A stretch of DNA of 49,307 bases from Anaerolineales bacterium (GTDB lineage Bacteria > Chloroflexota > Anaerolineae > Anaerolineales > UBA11579). Position numbers and translations under genes: made by a program. The stretch spans positions 1 to 49,307 of the forward strand of contig JBBDXQ010000013.1 of the NCBI GenBank assembly GCA_040902265.1. Direction: 5' to 3'. Below are positions 43,812 through 49,307 of the stretch, one piece after another; the stretch's first letter is position 1; every line of letters begins with the position of its first letter. The notes beneath the pieces were generated by a model. That model had not been told where the DNA came from, did not search any database, and was given only the letters and a program-made list of their open reading frames with translations.

Positions 43812-44900
43812 TTAGGATTCGACCACGCGCACTAAGGAGCCGGCGATCTGGTCCAATTTTCCGGGTTGATAGGGCACATGCGGCGCGCTCCAGCGAAAGA
43901 CGAACTTGGCGTCCTCGGGTCGCACGTTGACGCAGCCTGCAGAGGTCCGTTCGCCGAAGTTGTTGTGCCAATAGGTTGAGTGAACGGCGATACCTCCTGC
44001 GGCAATGAAGGTGGTCCATCCGATCCCGGAAAGATCATATCCGGCGCCTGTGGCTCCTCCCTCCATGTGAGTGGATACGAATTTCATAAAGATCTGTAAG
44101 TTTTCGCTTACTGGTGTCTGCGTATCTTCCCCAAATCGGCCGGTGGAGACCCGGCAAAAATACACTTCTCTGCCATCTTCGAAGCACGACATGGTTTGGC
44201 GAGCAATATTGATCAGGATGCGCTTGTTTTCGACTTGTGGAGAAATTGCCTGGATATCTTCCGGGAGGATCGGCTTGAACGCCTGGGCTGGCGCCCAAAA
44301 ATGGTCGCCGCGGCTGCCGTGCAGTTCGCGCACATGATATTCCACGCCGTGGTCCCCGTTGCGAATGTCATCCGCCCACCATACCTGCCCGTAATAGAAA
44401 CGGATCGGCAGGGAATTTTCCGCCAAGAAGCGCATACGGAACCCCAACGGGCTGGGGTTGGCTAGTTGAGCTACCACATAGGGAACAGTCACTTCCATCC
44501 ACATGCCGGGTTCCGACCCGGTCTGCGTCAGCGTGTCCAACGGAGTGTTGAGCAGATTTCGCACCGGCTGCAGCAGCGGCGCCCACACGTAGCCTTGCGG
44601 CGTCTCCACCCAGCGCTGGTTACGATACGGCGTGTAGCCCACTACTTCGCGCAGCCAGGGCACTACATCGTCGCCAGCTAATTGGCCTGCCTCAGGTGCG
44701 TCCGAAGAGGGGCGCGTGCGCACATTGATATAAGTGCCCAGCTCATCCACCACACGCCCCAGCCGTTCGCTTTGCGGGAACTCGCTCTGCCAGTGAGATT
44801 GAGTCAGCAGGCTGCCCTTGGAGCCCAAAGCCAGAGCGCCAAGGCCAAGGCCGCTTAGCTTAATAAAATCTCGGCGGGAAAATCGAGGGTCGGGGCTCAT
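43812..44900 (-). CDS. L,D-transpeptidase (YkuD domain) with Tat signal
   Basis: 362 aa. Twin-arginine signal SRRDFIKLSGLGLGALA. Catalytic motif HSTYWHNNFGERTSAGCVNV. Confidence 0.85.
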   Translation of the reverse strand: MSPDPRFSRRDFIKLSGLGLGALALGSKGSLLTQSHWQSEFPQSERLGRVVDELGTYINVRTRPSSDAPEAGQLAGDDVVPWLREVVGYTPYRNQRWVETPQGYVWAPLLQPVRNLLNTPLDTLTQTGSEPGMWMEVTVPYVVAQLANPSPLGFRMRFLAENSLPIRFYYGQVWWADDIRNGDHGVEYHVRELHGSRGDHFWAPAQAFKPILPEDIQAISPQVENKRILINIARQTMSCFEDGREVYFCRVSTGRFGEDTQTPVSENLQIFMKFVSTHMEGGATGAGYDLSGIGWTTFIAAGGIAVHSTYWHNNFGERTSAGCVNVRPEDAKFVFRWSAPHVPYQPGKLDQIAGSLVRVVES

Positions 44901-44965
44901 TAGAATCGATTGTACCGTAGGAGCATGAATAGGACTTTAGTGTTGCTTATTGACCGCAACCAAGG

Positions 44966-47398
44966 TCAGCTGCGCGGTTTCCAGCTTCGCAGCCGCAGGC
45001 TGTTGCCGATCACAAAGATGTCACTGATCGCCATGGCGCCTGCCGCCAGGATGGGGTTCAACAGGCCAAAGGCAGCGGCCGGGATCAGCAGGATGTTGTA
45101 GATAAAAGCCCAGAACAGGTTTTGTTTGATAGTGCGCAATGTAGAGCGCGCCAACTGGATAGCGCGCGGCACGCCACGCAAATCTCCGGTGATCAGCACT
45201 ACCGGCGCGGCGGCCATCGCCACGTCAGTGCCGGTGCCGATAGCTATGCCCAGCTCGGCTTGCGCCAATGCCGGAGCGTCATTAATGCCATCGCCCACCA
45301 TGGCCACGACCTCGCCCTGCTCCTGCAGGCGGCGCACTTCGGCCACCTTCTGATCTGGCAGCACTTCGGCGACCACGGTGTCTAATCCCAATTGCCTGCT
45401 AATGGCCTCTGCCACCACCCGGTTATCCCCGGTGATCATTCCGACCTTGAGTCCCATGGCATGCAATTGGACCACCGCTTCGATCGAAGAATCCTTCAGC
45501 GTATCTGCCACGCCAAAAATGCCGCTAGCGGCGCCATCCACAGCCACCATGACGGCAGTCTTGCCTTCGCCCTGTAAACGATCCACGCTGGGGCTAAGGC
45601 CGTTCATTCCTACGCCGCGCTCAGCCATCCAGCGAGGTGAACCCACCAGCACCTGGCGACCCTCCACCTCAGCGGATACCCCTCGACCGCCTTCGGCCTG
45701 GAAGGCTGCCGGCCGGCTCAGCGTCAGCCTGCGCTCGTGGGCCATGGCCACGATGGCTTCACCCAGCGGGTGTTCGCTGGCATCCTCCACACTGGCGGCG
45801 ATGGTCAATAAAGCATTCTCGTCGGGCCAAGTTTTGCTTAGTAGGATATCGGTTACCGCCGGCTGGCCGCGGGTAACTGTCCCGGTCTTATCCAAGAGCA
45901 CCATGCTGATATCGGAGGCGCGTTCCAGCGCCTCGCCGGATTTGATCAGTACGCCCATCTCCGCGCCGCGGCCCGTACCGACCATGACGGCTGTCGGCGT
46001 AGCCAGGCCCATGGCACACGGGCAGGCGATCAGCAGCACGGCGGCGGCATTGATCAACGCCCGGGTGAACCCGGCGTTGCCTGCCGCGCTGCTCGCAGCC
46101 GGAACAAGGAATAGCCATACGGAAAAGGTGACCAAGGCGATCACAAGCACAGCCGGCACAAAGATGGCTGAGACTCGGTCCCCAAGTTTTTGTATAGGCG
46201 CTTTGCTGGCTTGCGCATCCTCCACCAGACGAATGATCTGAGCCAGGGCAGTGGCCTTGCCCACCTTAGTCGCCTCGAAGATCAGTCGCCCCTGCTTGTT
46301 GAGGGTAGCGCCGATGACGATGTCTCCTGGCCCCTTGTCGAGGGGCATCGATTCGCCGGTGATCATCGACTCGTCGGCCGCACTGCGCCCTTCCACCACC
46401 ACGCCATCCACCGGGAACTTCTCGCCCGGCCGCACTACCACCATATCGCCCACCTGAACTTCAGCGGAGGAGATTTCGATCTCCTGCCCGGCGCGCAGCA
46501 CGCGGGCCTGCTTGGGGCGCAGGCCCATCAGCTTGCGGATAGATTCGCCGGTGCGCCCCTTGGCGCGCGCTTCCAGGTATTTACCCACGCGGATCAAGGT
46601 GATGATGGCCGCAGCAGTTTCGAAGTAACCATGCCCGGTAAACAAGCCGAACATGGCTGCCAGGGAGTAAAAATAAGCCGCGGAAGATCCCATAGCCACG
46701 AGCACATCCATGTTGGCGCTGCCGTTGCGCAGTGACTTGTATCCATTGATGTAATAGCTAAACCCTACGTAAAATTGGACCGGGGTGGCCAGCGCAAAGA
46801 ACAGCCATTCGAGCCAGGGTTGCATGGCGATCGCCATTGGCAGCAATCCAAAATCGCGCGCCATGGATAGCACCAGCAGCGGAGCGGTCAGCAGCACGCC
46901 GATCCACATCAAGCGGGCTTGTTTGCCGATCTCTGCCAGCCGGGAGGCTCGCTCGGCGTCCTCAGTCTCCTCGCCTTCCTTCAGCGCCTCGAAGCCGGCA
47001 GCCTTGGCTGCGGCTCGCAGGTCTGCCTGGCTCAGGATGGTGGGGATATAGCGCACGCGAGCGCGTTCGCTGGCCAGATTGACTCGGGCGTCGATCACTC
47101 CGTCCATGGCGGCCAGCATGCGTTCCAGGCGCTGGGCGTCGTTGGCGTCGTGCAGGTCCTCGAACTTCAAGTCGGCTTCCCCTGCGGCCAGGTCATATCC
47201 GGCACGGCGGATGCGATCCACCATTGTGTCCAGGGAGGCGAGCTTGGGGTCAAAATCCACCGAGGCGCGTTCTGAGGATAAGTTCACCTGGGCGTTCAAC
47301 ACACCGGGGACTTTCTTGAGATTGCGCTCCACCGTGGAAACACAGTTGGCGCAGGTCATGCCTGTGATGGGTAAGTTATACGTTTTAGTTTCGGCCAT
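44966..47398 (-). CDS. copA: copper-translocating P1B-type ATPase (CPC type)
   Basis: 810 aa. N-terminal HMA domain GMTCANC, a second HMA-like domain lacking Cys, CPC in the TM region, DKTGT and GDGINDAP. Confidence 0.95.
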   Translation of the reverse strand: MAETKTYNLPITGMTCANCVSTVERNLKKVPGVLNAQVNLSSERASVDFDPKLASLDTMVDRIRRAGYDLAAGEADLKFEDLHDANDAQRLERMLAAMDGVIDARVNLASERARVRYIPTILSQADLRAAAKAAGFEALKEGEETEDAERASRLAEIGKQARLMWIGVLLTAPLLVLSMARDFGLLPMAIAMQPWLEWLFFALATPVQFYVGFSYYINGYKSLRNGSANMDVLVAMGSSAAYFYSLAAMFGLFTGHGYFETAAAIITLIRVGKYLEARAKGRTGESIRKLMGLRPKQARVLRAGQEIEISSAEVQVGDMVVVRPGEKFPVDGVVVEGRSAADESMITGESMPLDKGPGDIVIGATLNKQGRLIFEATKVGKATALAQIIRLVEDAQASKAPIQKLGDRVSAIFVPAVLVIALVTFSVWLFLVPAASSAAGNAGFTRALINAAAVLLIACPCAMGLATPTAVMVGTGRGAEMGVLIKSGEALERASDISMVLLDKTGTVTRGQPAVTDILLSKTWPDENALLTIAASVEDASEHPLGEAIVAMAHERRLTLSRPAAFQAEGGRGVSAEVEGRQVLVGSPRWMAERGVGMNGLSPSVDRLQGEGKTAVMVAVDGAASGIFGVADTLKDSSIEAVVQLHAMGLKVGMITGDNRVVAEAISRQLGLDTVVAEVLPDQKVAEVRRLQEQGEVVAMVGDGINDAPALAQAELGIAIGTGTDVAMAAAPVVLITGDLRGVPRAIQLARSTLRTIKQNLFWAFIYNILLIPAAAFGLLNPILAAGAMAISDIFVIGNSLRLRSWKPRS

Positions 47399-47408
47399 GC
47401 GTCCTTTT

Positions 47409-47921
47409 TTATGCCAAGTTATCCCTGGCTTTGCCTATGATCTTGTCCGGCTCGGCTACTACGCGCCCGCCGCGCACGGTAGCTCCAATCACCAGTCCGG
47501 CGCTCACCAGCACGACGTTCTTGAATATGTATTGGCCCTCCAACGTGGGCGCATACGGGAATACGGTGAATACTTCATTGGGGAAGAAAAAGATAGGCGT
47601 GACGGTGCCCAACATCTGCACCCACAACAGGAACAGGGTCACTCGCAATTGCAGGCCAAGGATGAGCCCGATGCCGATCAGGCTTTCCCACGCCGCCAGG
47701 ATGAACACCGCGGTGGCGGCGGGCAGCATGCCAAAAGTGATCTGGGAGATGGTGCGGGCGGCCAGGTCCTCAGCTGGACTCAGGCCAGGGAAGAACTTCA
47801 ACACGCCGAACCACAGGAAAACAATGCCCAAGCTGACGCGAAGCAATAAAATGCCGTAGCGAGCCATCCAGCTGGTTAGTTTAGTATCCACCCGGTCAAA
47901 TAAGATTCTCAACATTTTCAT
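47409..47921 (-). CDS. DUF417 (YkgB)/DoxX-like membrane protein
   Basis: 170 aa with 4 [22 protein letters not shown] and the C-terminal [17 protein letters not shown] resemble the YkgB family (from memory). Confidence 0.55.
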   Translation of the reverse strand: MKMLRILFDRVDTKLTSWMARYGILLLRVSLGIVFLWFGVLKFFPGLSPAEDLAARTISQITFGMLPAATAVFILAAWESLIGIGLILGLQLRVTLFLLWVQMLGTVTPIFFFPNEVFTVFPYAPTLEGQYIFKNVVLVSAGLVIGATVRGGRVVAEPDKIIGKARDNLA

Positions 47922-47925
47922 GTCC

Positions 47926-49307
47926 TCAAACTCCCAGATTCACATTGCGCAACAGCTGCGCGTTCACGGCCACGATCACCGTACTGGCGGACATGAGCAG
48001 AGCTCCTACTGCCGGCGATAGCAGGATGCCCGCCGCGGCCAGCACACCGGCCGCCAGCGGAATAGCCACCACATTATAGCCAGTGGCCCAGATCAGATTT
48101 TGGATCATCTTGGCGTAGGTCGCGCGGCTTAACTCGAAAACTTTCAGCACATCCACCGGGTTGCTGTTCACCAGGATAATGCCGGCTGATTCCACTGCCA
48201 CATCCGTGCCGCTGCCGATAGCAATACCCACATCCGCACGGGCCAGGGCCGGAGCGTCGTTGATGCCGTCCCCCACCATGGCCACTCGCTTGCCCCGGCG
48301 CTGCAATTCACTGATCTTTTTGTCCTTATCCTCGGGCAGCACTTCGGCAAAAACCAGCGTGATCCCCAGGTCGGCGGCCACGGAATTAGCCACTGCCTGG
48401 CTGTCGCCGGTGATCATGGCTACCTCGATCCCCAGCTGCTGCAAGCGCTGCACAACATCGGCGCTCTCCGACCTGATGACATCGGCCAAGCCAAAAGCTG
48501 CGACGATCTTTTTTTCCGAGATCAGGTAGATGACGGTGTGTGCCTTATCGCCAGCCTTGTGCATGAAAACCCCAACATCATCCTGAGCGACCAAGCCTAA
48601 ATGTTCCAGCAGCCGCGGCCCGCCCAGGTAGATCTCGCTACCATCACTGAGGGCACGCACTCCCTTTCCTTTGATAGCCTCAAATTCACTCACCTTGGGC
48701 AGGGCAAGCTTACGCTCCGCTGCGGCGCTACGCACTGCCGCCGCCAGGGGGTGCTCGGAGTCGCCCTCGACCGCCGCAGCCAGAGCTAATGCATCCTCTT
48801 CCTTCCAACCCTCGAAAGTTTCCACCGCCGCCACGCCCAGTTCGCCTTTGGTCAGCGTTCCGGTTTTGTCGAATACGACCACGTCGATCTGGCGCGCAGC
48901 TTCCAGGGACAAACGGTTCTTGATCAATAAGCCATTTTTAGCCGCCTGGCTTGTGCTGATCGCTACTACCAATGGTACAGCCAAGCCCAGGGCATGCGGG
49001 CAGGCGATCACCAGAACCGTGACCACGCGCTCCAAAACGAAGGAATCGAAGCCGCGCACAGCCGCCCAGGCCAAGGCGGTGGCTACTGCGGCAGTCAGCG
49101 CCAAATAGAACAACCAACCTGCCGCCTTATCTGCCAGGATCTGCGTATGCGATTTGCTTTGCTGCGCCTCCTGCACCAGGCGCATGATGCCGGCCAAGGT
49201 TGTTTTTTCGCCAACAGCCGTCACCTTTACGCGCAGGCTGCCCTGGCCGTTCAACGCGCCGGCAATCACCCTGTCGCCCCTGGCTTTATCCACCGGCTGG
49301 GATTCAC
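47926..49307 (-). CDS. heavy-metal P1B-type ATPase, CPH type (CopB-like); N-terminus outside the window
   Basis: Frame is open to the window edge. [13 protein letters not shown] (CPH motif), DKTGTLT and [11 protein letters not shown]. Only the C-terminal 455+ aa are visible. Confidence 0.9.
   Translation of the reverse strand, partial: ESQPVDKARGDRVIAGALNGQGSLRVKVTAVGEKTTLAGIMRLVQEAQQSKSHTQILADKAAGWLFYLALTAAVATALAWAAVRGFDSFVLERVVTVLVIACPHALGLAVPLVVAISTSQAAKNGLLIKNRLSLEAARQIDVVVFDKTGTLTKGELGVAAVETFEGWKEEDALALAAAVEGDSEHPLAAAVRSAAAERKLALPKVSEFEAIKGKGVRALSDGSEIYLGGPRLLEHLGLVAQDDVGVFMHKAGDKAHTVIYLISEKKIVAAFGLADVIRSESADVVQRLQQLGIEVAMITGDSQAVANSVAADLGITLVFAEVLPEDKDKKISELQRRGKRVAMVGDGINDAPALARADVGIAIGSGTDVAVESAGIILVNSNPVDVLKVFELSRATYAKMIQNLIWATGYNVVAIPLAAGVLAAAGILLSPAVGALLMSASTVIVAVNAQLLRNVNLGV

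Overview
High-GC bacterial chromosomal window of 49.3 kb. Gene content and synteny suggest a Chloroflexi- or Firmicutes-like organism, but the taxon cannot be proven from this sequence. Layout: (1) 0.2-9.2 kb holds a conserved cell-shape/division block, mreB-mreC-mreD-mrdA-minC-minD-minE-rodA, followed by gltX. (2) 9.2-12.9 kb holds a long-form formate-tetrahydrofolate ligase and an aldehyde dehydrogenase on the minus strand. (3) 13.3-21.2 kb is the most interesting part. It is a tightly coupled operon: arsR-tusA-mvhD-like-hdrA/qmoA-like-hdrA/qmoB-like-wHTH orf-qmoC-like-small orf-dsrE-like-tusA/yeeD-like-yeeE. In other words, a Qmo-type membrane redox complex sits among sulfur-carrier and transport genes, with no aprAB, sat or HdrB in the window. 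(4) 21.5-29.8 kb holds a LysR regulator and tRNA-Gln(CUG), followed by a visibly AT-richer mosaic accessory region. This region is punctuated by degenerate tRNA-Gln fragments and two families of direct repeats. Its cargo is RidA, an ABM-like protein, a PLP decarboxylase, an orphan gene, a PII-like protein coupled to a CaCA exchanger, and an AlbA_2-like fragment. No integrase is present. (5) 29.9-38.6 kb is a locus of large polytopic GT-C/YfhO-type membrane proteins. (6) 38.6-44.9 kb holds a DUF164 protein, yggU-yggT-yggS-pgeF, a Grx::DUF2085-TlpA-CcdA thiol-redox module and an L,D-transpeptidase. (7) 45.0-49.3 kb holds two P1B-type copper ATPases flanking a DUF417/DoxX-like gene. All calls come from reading the ORF translations and the DNA by eye. 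No database search was run.
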